Shown here: in pieces, positions 25,910 to 39,011 of the stretch
Layout of the letters: each line of letters opens with the position of its first letter
How positions within the stretch are numbered: position 1 is the first letter of the stretch
Assembly: GCF_037042905.1 (NCBI RefSeq)
Contig: NC_087245.1
Location: 33,916,001 to 33,980,000, forward strand
DNA: 64,000 nucleotides
Direction of reading: 5' to 3'
Source of the DNA: Lytechinus pictus
Lineage: Eukaryota
Translations under genes and position numbers: made by a program
Notes under the pieces: generated by a model
Databases searched by the model: none
What the model was told of the DNA's origin: nothing
Seen by the model: the letters and a program-made list of their open reading frames with translations, nothing else

Positions 25910-27763
25910 GTTCTGCCGTTTGTAATAATGCTCTAGCACAGTAAAGGCAATAACCCAACAGGAGCATGCCAAGGATACCCTTTCCCTTTTTGGTTTTATG
26001 TAATAAAAAATAGTTTATTATCTTTAGAACTCTTAATAGATTACTTTTGTTTGTATTAATATCTTGGAATAGATTGAGGAGAAAATACTCTACAACTGAC
26101 ATGTAGAGGAGCTGTGGTACATTGAATAAAAGCCACACAGCCCTTTATTGATTCCACCCTATGTTAAATTTAAATATTTTTAGAGCCCAGTCGGAAGAAA
26201 GATGCATTTCTACTACACACAGTAAAGCCTCTTTGCGTTCTCCTCTTGAAAAAAACAAACATAGAAGGCATTGTTTTATATCTCATAAAATAAGTTCGTG
26301 TACGTGACGGTGGCCTGTCGAAGTTGCCCAACCGTTTATTTTGTTTTGACAATATGTATTTAGAATATCGTCTAAACGAAGCCCTCATCTGGAAAAGGGC
26401 ACTTATTAAAGGCAGCATCTACATTATATAGAGGGAGCCCTGGCACTGGGAAGAGGGGGCTGAAGCTTGTTAAATTTCTTGGGACCAAAATTTTACATTG
26501 AACGTTTTTCGCTTTTCAAATTTACATCAAGAAATTTAACAAGCAAATAAACAAAAAGGATTGCACTACAAAATGAAGTTTTTTTTGGTAACGTTTCTTT
26601 TTTTTCGTTTTGTCACATCTGCCGGAATTCCAGGGGGTGCTGCCTATGGAGAATAACACACGCAGCAGACCCCCCCCCCCCTCCGGAAAATACTGCGGGT
26701 GCTTCAACCCCCGCTTCCAAGTACCAGGGCCTCCTATATATAATGTAGATGCTGCCTTTAATAAGTGCCCTTTTCCAGATGAGGGCTTCATTTAGACGAT
26801 ATTCTAAATATATATTGTCAAAACAAAATAAAGGGTTGGGCAACTTCGACAGGCCATCGTCATGTACAAACTTATTTTATGCGATATAAAACAATGCCTT
26901 CTATGTTTTTTTTTTCAAGAGGAGAAAGTAAAGAGGCTTTACTGTGTGTAGTAGAAATGTATCTTTCTTCCGAATGGGCTCTAAAAATATTAAAATTTAA
27001 CATAGAGTGGAATCAATAAAGGGGTTTGAGTATTTTAGAGCTTACGTGTGGCTTTTCTTTAATGTACCACAGCTATTCTACATGTCAATTGTAGAGTACT
27101 TTCTCCTCAATCTATTCCAAGATATCAATACAAACAAAAGTAATCTTTTAAGAGTTCTAAAGACAAACTATTTTTTAATACATAAAACCAAAGGGGAAAG
27201 AGTATCCTAGGCATGCTCCTGTTGGATTATAGCCTTTACTGTGCTAGAGCATTATTACAAACTGCAGAACAATAATAATAACATTGATAATAATGATAAC
27301 AATAATAATAATAATAATATTATTATTAATAATAATAATATTAATATAGATACATATGAAATACAAATTAAGACACTATTACTGTCATGAAGCATATCGA
27401 GGTTTTCGCTAATATATTCTCTTTTATGTAGAATGTTGACATTGTGTATTAATTGCTGTTATTTATGAAACAGTTCAGGATTCATGAAAAAATACTTTGT
27501 TATAAATTATAATTTGCATAATTTATGTAAATTAGGTAATAATAAACAAGGATATCCCAATAATTTTATGTCAATTTTCTTCCCTTTCTTACCCTAAGTC
27601 TTTATTTCCAATTTTAGGGCAGTTCTGGTTAAATATATATTCTGAAATACTTGTTTCCACTATATCGACCTAATATGCAAATTTATGCAAATTACTTGCT
27701 TATTTGCATAGATACAGCGTGTCTCTTTGGATGAATCCTTTTCTTTTGACTCAAGTCTACTAT
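24653..27763. mobile_element. ~3.1-kb foldback element with ~1-kb inverted arms
   Basis: About 24723-25112 mirrors 27362-27755, and about 25830-26466 mirrors 26700-27345. Ends TAGTAGACTTG / CAAGTCTACTA. Confidence 0.85.
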
Positions 27764-29074
27764 AAGGGGGCAGTCAGTTAGAGGACCTAAAAGATGGCGT
27801 CATTTTTCTCAATCGAACCGGGATATAAACGATCCAAAAGTCTCGGTGACTTTTACGTTTTTCTATGTTTAATATATTCTTCTTTCCATTCCCCCACTGT
27901 TCCCTTCCAATATAACATGGTGGCCACTGCCCAGATTAATACTCTATTGAATCTTTTAATCCACCTCATAACCAATGAATAAACTTCATGACAAGGAATC
28001 CAAATTAATTCATGAATTCGTTCTGGCAAGCTAGCCGAGAGCGAACAAAACGGCTTGACTTAAGGAGTGCTACACACCTGTTACAAGGTTCTGTGATGGG
28101 TCAGAAAGTATTTTGCCTATGCCAACAACAATATATGTTTCACTGATCAGGGGAGCATTTCACGACACAAGTTATTTTCACGGACTATTGTGATAAGCTA
28201 CTAAAATCCACACACCCCATTGGCTCAGAGCCAATAAGTCATTGAAAATCATTGACTATTTGTTTCATGAAATACCCCCCCCCTGCCTTGGTTATGTCCA
28301 GTGAAAATCCAGGTGGATAGAATATTTCGACGTCAAACAAATCTTTTGGTAGTGTTGCCTATTCAACTGACCGTTTTACTCAATTCGAATTTATATATCC
28401 GACTGAACAAAAAGGTGCATGGTAGGGGGCTGAAGGTGGGGGGATAGCCCCGAAGATTTTTTTTTATCAGTTGTTTAACAAAATACGAAGGGTTTAAGAT
28501 TATTGTGATCTCCATCAGTCATCTATGCAGACAAAGTGCTGATTTCGATATTTTATATTTTACTGAAATTAAAAAGGGAATATCTTGATACTGATGAAAC
28601 ACCAACGTCGTTCTGTCTGGGGTCAATTCTTGCACTCTCCTATCCTATCTGATCAAGGGGAGGGGGCGATCCGCCCCTTAATAAGAAGGAAATTATGTAA
28701 TTCTTTAATATTTGGGATACAAGGAAGATAGCATTAGCAATTGTTTCATGCCCCTCCCCATTTATGAAATGCAGTACCCGCCCCTAGTGACCAGTTACGT
28801 TCAGCTTGACTGGTTGTTTGGTCGTTGTTTGACGTTTCGCGATGCCGTGCAAAGGGATAGCATACCATGCTTAAACGTTGATACGTCGGAATAAACATCT
28901 TTTGTTCTAGCATGGCGCCACGGCTGACTTCCAAAGAAGACCGCATGGTCTGAATGCGAAGATGTATTCATCCGCGCCTTTTCAGCTCCTCTTCAGTTCA
29001 ATTGTATGTTTGGATGAGGGTTAGAATTCCACGTTTATCAGTTTCATCCTTCAAATTTAGACAATGAATGTCAT

Positions 29075-30850
29075 CTGAAAGGCAAGCAAAGAGGTTAGTT
29101 TATTCTCTAAATCTTTTATTTTTACGAAATATTATAAGGCATAAAGTGAATTTTTAATCCTTTTTGTTACTTGACACAGACAAAAATTTTGTTAATGTAA
29201 AGGGCATATAAGCATGTGAAGGCTATGGTCAAATGTATTTTACATTTACATTGAATCGTAAAGATAGATAATGAATCTTGTTTCTCGAAGGTTGAATTTC
29301 AATGTTATCATTAATTTACCTTTGCATTGGATTAAAACAGAAGGCGGAGCTTTATTTATTGAAGAGTGAACTTAAATTGAAATAATTGTGCGATACAGTA
29401 AGTCTTTGAATTCAAGTTTAACCAGGAGACAGTATCAACCAGAAATGGACAAGATGTCCACTCCGATAAATAAATGAAACTTACGACAAAAGTTTTTTGA
29501 AATCATATCTGATAAGACACAATATTTAAGATATCTGCCCCTAACAAAAAACGTTCAGAGCTGAAAGACTCCCATTTTGACTGGCCATTTGTATTTTTTT
29601 AGGATAGGTCGGCCTCGAAACAGCAGGAGAGATACTGAATAATTTGAGACAAGGAAGCAACTCGACAGATATTGTAAGATCAGCCGAGAACGGAAGGCAT
29701 GATATCTTCCTGCCGATAGCCTATCCTGTACTTAGAGCGGTGGAAGATCTTGGTAAGTAGATACTTTATAATGGAAGCATTTTCTACAACTTGATAACAC
29801 TTTTGTATCCTTTTTAGTATTCGATGCAATCTGGGCAAAATCGTGAATTTTGACACCCCCGCCCCCCCCCCAAAAAAAAAAAAAAGATTGGCACAACCTG
29901 GAAATAATATCAAAAGGATAATGAAAACAATTATATTGACTTGTAACCATCTTTAGAAAGTCAACTATTATATTATGTGCTTGAGGTTTCAGCAAAAATC
30001 AGCATATTTTTAGGGGGTCTTAAATCATTTAAGGTCTCGATTTTGAGAGAACGAAATTACCACTTGTTCACTGCAACCATCCTGCCTGTGGGGAATCTAC
30101 AGGTAGGACTATGGTATGCCAATGCTGTCATAGCTCACAATTAAAAAAATCATTAAAATATCACTTTTGTGACCAAAATCACTAATTTCCATACAGTTTT
30201 ATTTATTTTTCATTAGTAACTTGGGAATATTTTTTGTATTCACCAGAGCACTCAAAAACATGAATTTTGGGTGCAAAGTAATATGGCAAGAAAATTTTCA
30301 TTTTTCAATCTTTATTTTTAATTAAGAAAAAATTATTTAAAGAATCAAATTTACATTAGAGCAAAGCTATATGATAAATAGCTGTATTGGAAACTGACAG
30401 TGTGAGAAAATCAACAATTTGTCCCATAGAAAAAGAAAATTAGCCAAAATTGCCACCCTTATTTTGCCACACATGGATATGTAACTGAGAACAAGGTTAT
30501 ATCAAAACCTTGTTCATTGAATGAGTGGAAATTACATGAATATCATACGTTTTACACGTGCACGTGAAAATCCAGTAGCTTGTAAGGCATTTTCTGTTTA
30601 AAATTGCTCTAGTATGACAGTATTAAAAGCGTAAGGAAGGTATGACATTTATTTCCCCTCTGTTCATTGGCGGCATGAGGATGTGTGTGTGTTTTGGGGT
30701 TTTTTTTAAGCTGGGGCGCGGGCAGTGAACGGTAAATGAAAATGTTTTAGGACAAGAGAGGATGGATTTACTTTACATCTCTTTAATTCTTAAAAATTTC
30801 TGAGGGGGGCAATTTCCTCATGCGCCCCTCACCTTGTTGCCGCCACTGCC
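29075..30850 (+). repeat. Diverged direct repeat, copy A (copy B at ~54190-55290)
   Basis: Colinear shared blocks gaaaggcaagcaaaga, cctcgaaacagc..gagatactg, ttttacacgtgcacgtgaa and ttgccgccactgc. Confidence 0.7.
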
Positions 30851-33514
30851 CATCCCGCTCTCTTTCTTTCTCTCTTTCACATTCTTCGATCTCACTAACG
30901 CAAATTTTATATTGTAATTAGCTGCCAGTAAATATATGAAATAACAAAGCGAGGTATTTCAATTTTGCGTTCAACCAGAGAATTTCGTATATTTCACGGA
31001 TGCAAGCACACGCTCATTAAAAAAGACGTAGATTTCACGACCCATTGGCCGTGTTGACGGATGAAGTGTGTGGGGCACGTGCGGACTGTCATATCATTTT
31101 ACGCAGGCATGTCACTAAACACTGACTTTAAACCCATTTTCCAATCTCTTCATGGGGATACTCCGGGGGAGCGCTTTATCAACATTTTCGTCCGACAAGT
31201 TGAGGAATCAAACAACTTCCCTTTATTTTGATTGGCTAGGAAGCATTATTACAATGGTAACTGTCGGATAAAATATAAAATGGGTTTTGTCGGATAAAAC
31301 GTCAGACAAGTCCTTTCGTAAAATGCCCCCCCCCCCCCCCCGGCTGAAAATAAAAAGTTTTATCGAATAGAATAAAATCATATACCCCAACACACTGAAT
31401 ATTTGATCGACATCAGATAATGAACAACGAATTTGAAGTTATCTAAAATTGTCGCGTTATTTTCAAACAATTTTAAGCATGTCTTTATAAATATACAATG
31501 AGCTAGCTTAGCTGATGTCATCTCATGCATTTATAATTTTGTATTTTCTTTATTATGAAAGTATATTTTTTAACCTTTTCCTTCAATAATATAAAACCAA
31601 GATTGACTACTGGTTTCATTTGAAAGATATAAGTAGCAAGGACCAAGCAATTAAGTCAGTTTGCGAAGGTTGAATGATTTTAGTCAACTGTCGTGCATTC
31701 AGATTAAAATTATATCTTATGTGTAATTAAATAAAATAAGTTGAATTTGAAAATTTGATGACATTCTGACAACAGAGGGTTGGTATTGAATATTAAATTT
31801 TAGCACGAGGCCTAATATTCAATCCGTCATGAATATGTATTATAAAAAATGGGCTGATATTAAATACCCATTTTCACTTTTTATTGTATTCCATATTATT
31901 GTAACTATTTCATGATTTTGGTTTAATATAAACAAGAGTAAAATTTACAGCAAAATGCTGAACATTTCATCAAAATCTGAAAACAATTAACTGTTATTGA
32001 AATTTAAAGATTGGCAATATTTTATCCGACAATACTTTTATGAATTCGTCACGAATATTCATTAGGTGAGTTAATGTAATGCCCCCACTTTCTCCTTTCT
32101 TACATCATTACATGAAATCATAATTATTTCACATTTTAATATGCGTGTGTATAATATGTCTCCCTTATAATGAAATCAGCAAAATTATCTAATGCAATGA
32201 TTCAGCTGTCGTACCATTTTTTTTTATTGTTGGGGGACAAAATTTGAATAAACATATTTAATTTATTTATTTCATACAATAAAATATAAAAGTGGGGATA
32301 TGACATAAATTTGCTTATCAAATATTGAAGAAATGCATTGAACTTATTCACCGAAATAATGCAGATCTTTATCGTGTCATTAATTTGATATTCCTTGTCC
32401 AATTTTGATCAAATCTGCAGTGTTTTGTCCGTCTCAATTTTTTTATCTGTTCAAATCATTTTTCAGCCTGTAGCACTCCTTTGAATCAGGATAATACCAA
32501 TTTTGGCATAATAACGCCGATAACTAATTTTAATTACGTTTATAATCAATATTGTTCTGGTATTCACAATCCTTTTGTGTGTTTTATTCAATTCCACAGT
32601 TTTGACGGATTTGGGGAGTTCGCAAGTTATCCAGAATTCGCTTCGAAAGTTGGAAATGGAGATGGAATGAAAAGTACGACACACGTTTCCTCAATAAAGA
32701 CTTGGTCTGTGTTCTAATTCAGACATTGTCGATTTCACCACAGCCAAAATACCACACCTCCTCCAATGCCGTAACATCAGTGAGAAGTGCAGCCGGGGAG
32801 ACCTGGTGGCTTCAGATAAGAAGGCTGCATTTGTAGACTATGGACACGAAGAACGGAGAACTTGTTAGTAACATTCTTTGCGATACATTCCTTGCTCTAC
32901 TGCACAGGTGCATGTTACGCTATTGGCGCCAACTGCAGCATCCATCTCACCAAAATTAATGCGTCATATTTTAAGTCATGTGATCAAGCAGAATCCTTTC
33001 TCCCCGAGGACGGACAGGCACAACAGGTCCAACAATACAGAAGCTGCTCAAACGGGATATAATTTATATTTAAGAAGATATCTTTGGTAGTCGGCGAATC
33101 TTTATCCATTTGGAATATCAACAGAAAGAACTTGAGATACAGGATCACTTTGCGAACTTTTTCTCCGACAGAAACTCTTTAATTGTTATGTGCGGACTAG
33201 AAAACTATTTTCACGGCAGAGCTTCGCCGAGGCTAATCCGAACCCCAGCCCTAGCTCAGTCACGGGAGGTTTGTTGATGGGTCTCAAGACGGTTGTTCTG
33301 CCCTTGATTTATAAATTTGAACTTGATAATTTTGTGACTATCAGCGGACAGACATGTTTGTGGAGCTTTGGAGAAATATTTCTTTATTGGATCATATGAA
33401 AAATTGTGAAGTTGCTGAATATGTGTTGGATCATGGATGCATGACGACGCCGTCAAAGAGAGGACAGATGAACATGCTGAGACTGATCAAACGTTGCTGA
33501 ATGAGTGAGTCCTT

Positions 33515-33756
33515 TTACCCGTAGAACAATACAGCAATATCACTTAATGGTCTTAATGAAACTTTAAAATCTATGGAAACTGGTTAAGTTTAGGTTTTAG
33601 TGCCAGGATTCGTAGCGTAAGTTGATTTTATAGCCCCCCCCCCCCCCTCCCCGTAGGTGTAGAGTAGGCGCCTGGCCGAAACCAATTCTTTGGCCCTTTT
33701 CCATAAAATTTAATGTGTCATGTCAAGAAGATTGCTGTGTTGTCGCCTACGGGTAA
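33515..33756 (+). ncRNA. Conserved long RNA hairpin, copy 0 (most divergent)
   Basis: TTACCCGTAG/CTACGGGTAA, ACAATACAGCAAT/ATTGCTGTGTTGT, TATGGAAA/TTTCCATA, GCCAGG/CCTGGC. A poly-C run sits in the apical loop. Confidence 0.65.
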
Positions 33757-34974
33757 TGAAATTCAATTCATATTTTTTTTTAATGTTCGCCGAAAGCTTT
33801 ACAACTTTTTTTAATAAAAAGGTGGTAAGGCTTTTACTCTTTCCCGACAATTCTCGTAGAATTGTTCGTTGGTGTATTCAATCAGGGGCGGTTCCACTTG
33901 GAGAGGGCACCTATGCTCTGGGAACGATTTTTTTAACAGGATGTGCCGATTCAAATTTGACAAGCAAAAAAAAGGTTTCCCTTCACAACGAAGGTCATTT
34001 TGTTAACGATAAATTTAACAAGCAAAAAAAAAAGATTTCGCTACAAAATGAGGTGATTTTGGTTAAATTTATGTTATTTAGCATACCAGATTTCTAGGGG
34101 TGCTGCCTATGATGAATAACACACGCAGCACCCCCGCTTTCCAGAGCGAGGGGCAGGGGGCCTCACCCCCGATGAAAAATCAACACACAAAAGAAAAGAA
34201 AAAAAATAACGATAAGACAGTATTTAAGTTTTGGGTCGTTAAACTCTAAAGACCCCTATAATTGAATTGATAAAATAATACTATCATCGTTTTGGTAGTC
34301 TTGCCCCTAATACCCTGGCACCGCCCCTGAATGAAAAAAAAAACTTTCACATGCCAAGATATTGGCTGGTGAAATTTGCGTAAAAACGATCGAACGATAT
34401 TCGATATTTCGCATCCGAAACTGGACATCACGTTTGTCCATACCCGATCCGTATGATTACAAGGTGAGTTTCATTTAATTTTTGTTCTTGTTTTAATTTC
34501 GCATATTTCAATTGGGCATGGCAAGTATATTCGTTAACTTCTGAATACTACATTCCTTCATTAAGAATAAAGTGGTGCAGTGCACAGTCCCAAAATATAA
34601 AACCATACAGAATTATTTCGGTAATCCTCAATAAGTCAAGTATAATTGAGATGGATGGTTTATTAAATGATAGCTAAAATGAGTGACAAAGATCCAATAT
34701 TCAATGTCAAATGATGGAAAGGGCAATAGTTCAGAATTCCACAAACTGATATATGTTAGAACCTAGATCTTTTTGTTAATCCATGCTCAGATGGTAATTT
34801 CCGTAGATCTTGTTCTACAGTAGTCCCAAGCACAGTCCCACACACGTAATAATAGAAATAGATCTAGAGATCGTTACCATGGTTCCCATCGTGGATGGGA
34901 AAGGGCCATGGGTGCATAAAGTGGGGTAGGTGATGATAACGATAGACTACTTGACAGAAACCTATCTTTCTTTA

Positions 34975-36850
34975 GGTTTTTTTAGAACCTAACAGAAACA
35001 GAAGACCTTGCTGAAACAAACAGGTTTATGATGATGATTATTTAAAAAGTAATGAAAATGAAGTTTATTTAGAATCTATCTGATACAGAAATCCTCGCTA
35101 AAACCAATTTGTGAAGATGAGTATGAAAGTGATTATACTGATAATGTTATCAAATAGGGAAAAATGAAGTTTATTTAGAATCTATCTAATACAGAAAACC
35201 TTGATGAAACAAAAAGGTTTATTTTAAAAATGATGACCATAGCCAAGTATGAAAGACAATGTACAGTAAGGTATTTAGATTCTAACTGAAACAGAAAATC
35301 TTTGCGGAAACGAATAGGTTAATGATGATGAATATGAAATGGCAAAAAAACCTTGCTAAAACAATGGTTTATGATTGATCATAAAAATGATGATCATTGC
35401 CAAATATGAAAGAAAACGTATTGTATTTAGAATCTAACTGAAACAGAAAACCTTGCTGAAACAAAAAAAAAGGTTATTGATGGTGACTATAAAAGTGATT
35501 ATGATTATTGTTGTCCAATATAGAAGAAAATAAAGTTTATTTAGAATCTAGCTGAAACAGAAAACCTTGCTGAAACGAAAAGGTTTATGATGATGATGAT
35601 GATGATGAAAGTGATTATAATGATGATTATTGTCAAATATGACAGACGGTAAAGTTTATTTAGGATCTATCTGATACAGAAAACCTTGATGAAACAAAAA
35701 GGTTTGATTATTATAAAGATGATGATCATTGCCAAATATGAAAGAAAACGTATTGTATTTAGAATCTAACTGAAACAGAAAACCTTGCTGAAACAAAAAA
35801 AAAGGTTATTGATGGTGACTATAAAAGTGATTATGATTATTGTTGTCCAATATAGAAGAAAATAAAGTTTATTTAGAATCTAGCTGAAACAGAAAACCTT
35901 GCTGAAACGAAAAGGTTTATGATGATGATGATGATGATGAAAGTGATTATAATGATGATTATTGTCAAATATGACAGACGGTAAAGTTTATATAGAATCT
36001 ATCTGATACAGAAAACCTTGCTGAAACAAAAAGGTTTGATTATTATAAAAATGATGATCATTGCCAAATATGAAAGACGCTTTAGTGTATTTAGAATCTA
36101 ACTGAAACAGAAAACCTTGCTAAAACGAATAGGTTTATGATGATTATTATTAAATGACAGAAAACCTTGCTGAAACGAAAAGGTTTATGGTGATTATTGT
36201 ACAAATAAATGATCATTGATAAATATGAAAGACAATGTAGTATATTTATAATCTAACTGAAACAAAAAAAACCTTGCTGAAACGAAAAGGTTTTTTTTAT
36301 GATAAAAATGATTATAATGATTATTGTCAAATATGACGGACGATGAAGTTTATTTAGAATCTAATTGAAACAGAAAACCTTGCTGAAACGAAAATGTTCA
36401 TGATGATGATGATTTTTATGATTATTGTCAAATATGAAATAAAATTAAATTTATTCATAATCTAACTGAAACAGAAACCCTTGCTAAACAAAAAAAGATT
36501 ATGATGAATACTATGAAAGTGATTATAGTGATGATATTTGTCAAATACGAACAAAAATTAAGTTTATTTAGAATCTATCTGATACAGAAAACCTTGCTTT
36601 AACAATAAGGTTTATGATGAATGGTTTATCAAGATGATTATTCTAAAAGTAATGATGATCATTGTAAAACATGACATACGATGAGCTTTATTTAGAATCT
36701 AACTGATACAGAAAACCTTGCTGAAACAAAAAGGTTTATTATGATTATGAAAGTGATTTGATGATTATTGTCAATTATAAAAGACAATGAAGTTTATTTA
36801 GAACCTTGCTGAAACCATGGATCTACTACTAATGTCCATGCTGAAACAAA
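34975..36850 (+). repeat. Intronic ~110-bp degenerate tandem array
   Basis: Unit tttatttagaatctaactgaaacagaaaaccttgctgaaac..ggtttatgatg, with a near-exact 333-bp higher-order duplication (35391 vs 35724). Confidence 0.9.
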
Positions 36851-37167
36851 GAGTTCCGTGATGATTGTAAAAGTGATGATAATGATCTTTCCCAAATATA
36901 AGACAAAGAAGTGTGCTTTATATGCTAGAGTGCATAAGTCATTTACGTGATCAACAATTATTATCAAATTCAAGCTATTTCATTAACCTTGTTCTTATTG
37001 TGTGTTTATGTTTCAGGTATGGCATGCTAAAAAAAATCTACATGATACACTGACACGTTTAGGAGACGTTTGGATTGTAAAACAAAAAAAAATCGTTGCA
37101 TTTCTTTTCGGCCTGTTGACCTGAGTTAACCCCTTTAACGTGGGCAAAATTCTGCGAGAATTATTTA

Positions 37168-37384
37168 CCTGTAGAACAATACAGTAATATCACTTCATGA
37201 TCTTAATGAAACTATGAATTTTATCGAGCTTGTTTGTTGAGGGCAAGTTTAGTGTCAGGATTTCTGGGTAAAATTCATACATTAGGTCCCCGTTAGGCGC
37301 CTGACAGTTTAAGCTTGTTCTTAAACTAGCTCGTTAAGATTTATTGTTTCATGTCAAGAAGATTGCTGTATTGTCGACTAAAGG
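37168..37384 (+). ncRNA. Conserved long RNA hairpin, copy 1 (exon-like unit 37017-37633)
   Basis: Nested complementary blocks with many G-U pairs. The unit is bounded by a TTTCAG acceptor and a GTAAGT donor. Confidence 0.65.
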
Positions 37385-37791
37385 ATGCTTATTTTCAACG
37401 TGATTGGGATAGTTCGACTCAAAATTGTTGAGGTTATGCCTGATTTAGGCCAAACTATCGATAGCTTTTTTGCGTTCTGACGTTATACTTTTGATTAGCA
37501 AAAATTATATAAAAAGTCGTTGATTCGTTAATTCTCTTCGTGCGATCGTATGTTTCTCGCTTTTAATGGTCATTCTCAATCTCAATTTGCACATCATAAA
37601 TCATCGATCGTCTCGTTCGTTTGAATGATCGCGGTAAGTTTAAAATCATTACCACTCTTTGAAAATCTCTTTACTGATATATTTGTCTATTGATTTATTG
37701 CTATAATTCAAATTTCGTAGTTTGGATGTAGGCCTAACATTTTTATGTAGAGCAACATTATAATGCACGTACATGTAATGCTGTGATGGAA

Positions 37792-38094
37792 ACAGTTCTT
37801 AGTAAAATTATCTTAAATCTTATAAATATGAAAAGGCCTTCAGAACTAGTGTTATACAAAACGCTGCATTTGATACAGTTCTTAGTAAAATTATCTTAAA
37901 TCTTATAAATATGAAAAGGCCTTCAGAACTAGTGTTATACAAAACGCTGCATTTGATACAGTTCTTAGTAAAATTATCTTAAATCTTATAAATATGGAAA
38001 GGCCTTCAGAACTAGTGTTATACAAAACGCTGCATTTGATACAGTTCTTAGTAAAATTATCTTAAATCTTATAAATATGAAAAGGCCTTCAGAA
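37792..38094 (+). repeat. 83-bp tandem repeat, ~3.7 near-identical copies
   Basis: acagttcttagtaaaattatc... starts at 37792, 37875, 37958 and 38041. Confidence 0.95.
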
Positions 38095-38792
38095 CAACTA
38101 GTTATATACAAAGCGATGAATTTGATAATGATGAAACTAGAGCTAGTAGCGACATTAATATGATACTAGATGATACTTGCAGGTGATGGAAGATATCCAA
38201 TATTCAGCATAAAAAGGTGGATAAGGACAAGATTTGTTCAGAATTTCACAACTTCATGTACTTTAGGCCTATATCTTTTCTTGATATGCTCAGATTGAAT
38301 TTTTTCAGTCCCACACACGTAATGAAGAAATGGATTTTAGAAGCCGTTGCCATGGTGAATAGGCATGATAGGAAAGAGCCATAGACCCGTAAAGTACGAA
38401 AATGAGAACAGTTGCAGCTTACCTGACAAAAGCTAACTTTCTTCGGTTATTTAGAAACTAACTGAAAAGAAAACTGCTGAAACAAAGGTTTATGATGATA
38501 ATGAACATGATGAAAGTGATATTGATGATCATTGTCAAATTAAAATAACACTGAAGTTTGCTTTATATTCTAGATCTAGTGCATAATTTATATATTAGAT
38601 TAAGAAACCATTATCAGAACCATGCTTTTCATTAACATTGATATTTTTGTGTTTATCTTTCAGGTATGGAATGCTTAGAATATTTACATGATACAAGAGG
38701 CGTCTACTGTAAAAAAAAGGATCGTTGCTTATATTATCGGCCTGTCGACCTTAGTAAAAATGGTAAACATCATACATGAGCAAGAATAAGTT

Positions 38793-39011
38793 ACTTGTAG
38801 AACAATACAGTAATATCACTTAATGATCTTAATGAAACTATGAATTTTATCGAGCTGGTTTGTCAAGGCCAAGTTTAGTGTCAGGATTTCTAGGCAAAAT
38901 GTATACATTAGGTCCCCCTTAGGCGCCTGACAGTTTAAGCTTGTTCTTAAACTAGCTCGTTAAGATTTATTGTTTCATGTCAAGACGATTGCTGTATTGT
39001 CACCTAAAGGT
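38793..39011 (+). ncRNA. Conserved long RNA hairpin, copy 2 (unit 38664-39258)
   Basis: Same fold as copy 1, with splice-consensus boundaries. Confidence 0.65.

Noticed and set aside
25649..25972. Poly-Asn ORF
   Set aside because: It is the (AAT)n microsatellite inside the foldback arm.
32481..33456. Short ORFs upstream of hairpin 0 as a coding exon
   Set aside because: All frames close within about 80 codons and no domain is recognisable.
33515..33756. Known miRNA, SECIS, snoRNA or telomerase RNA identity for the hairpin
   Set aside because: No match to mature miRNAs I recall, no SECIS quartet with apical AA, and no H/ACA layout or telomeric template seen. A database search is still needed.
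38666..38779. 37-aa micropeptide MECLEYLHDTRGVYCKKKDRC... in hairpin unit 2
   Set aside because: Paralogous units have early stops (units 1, 3 and 4) or lack the ATG (unit 4).
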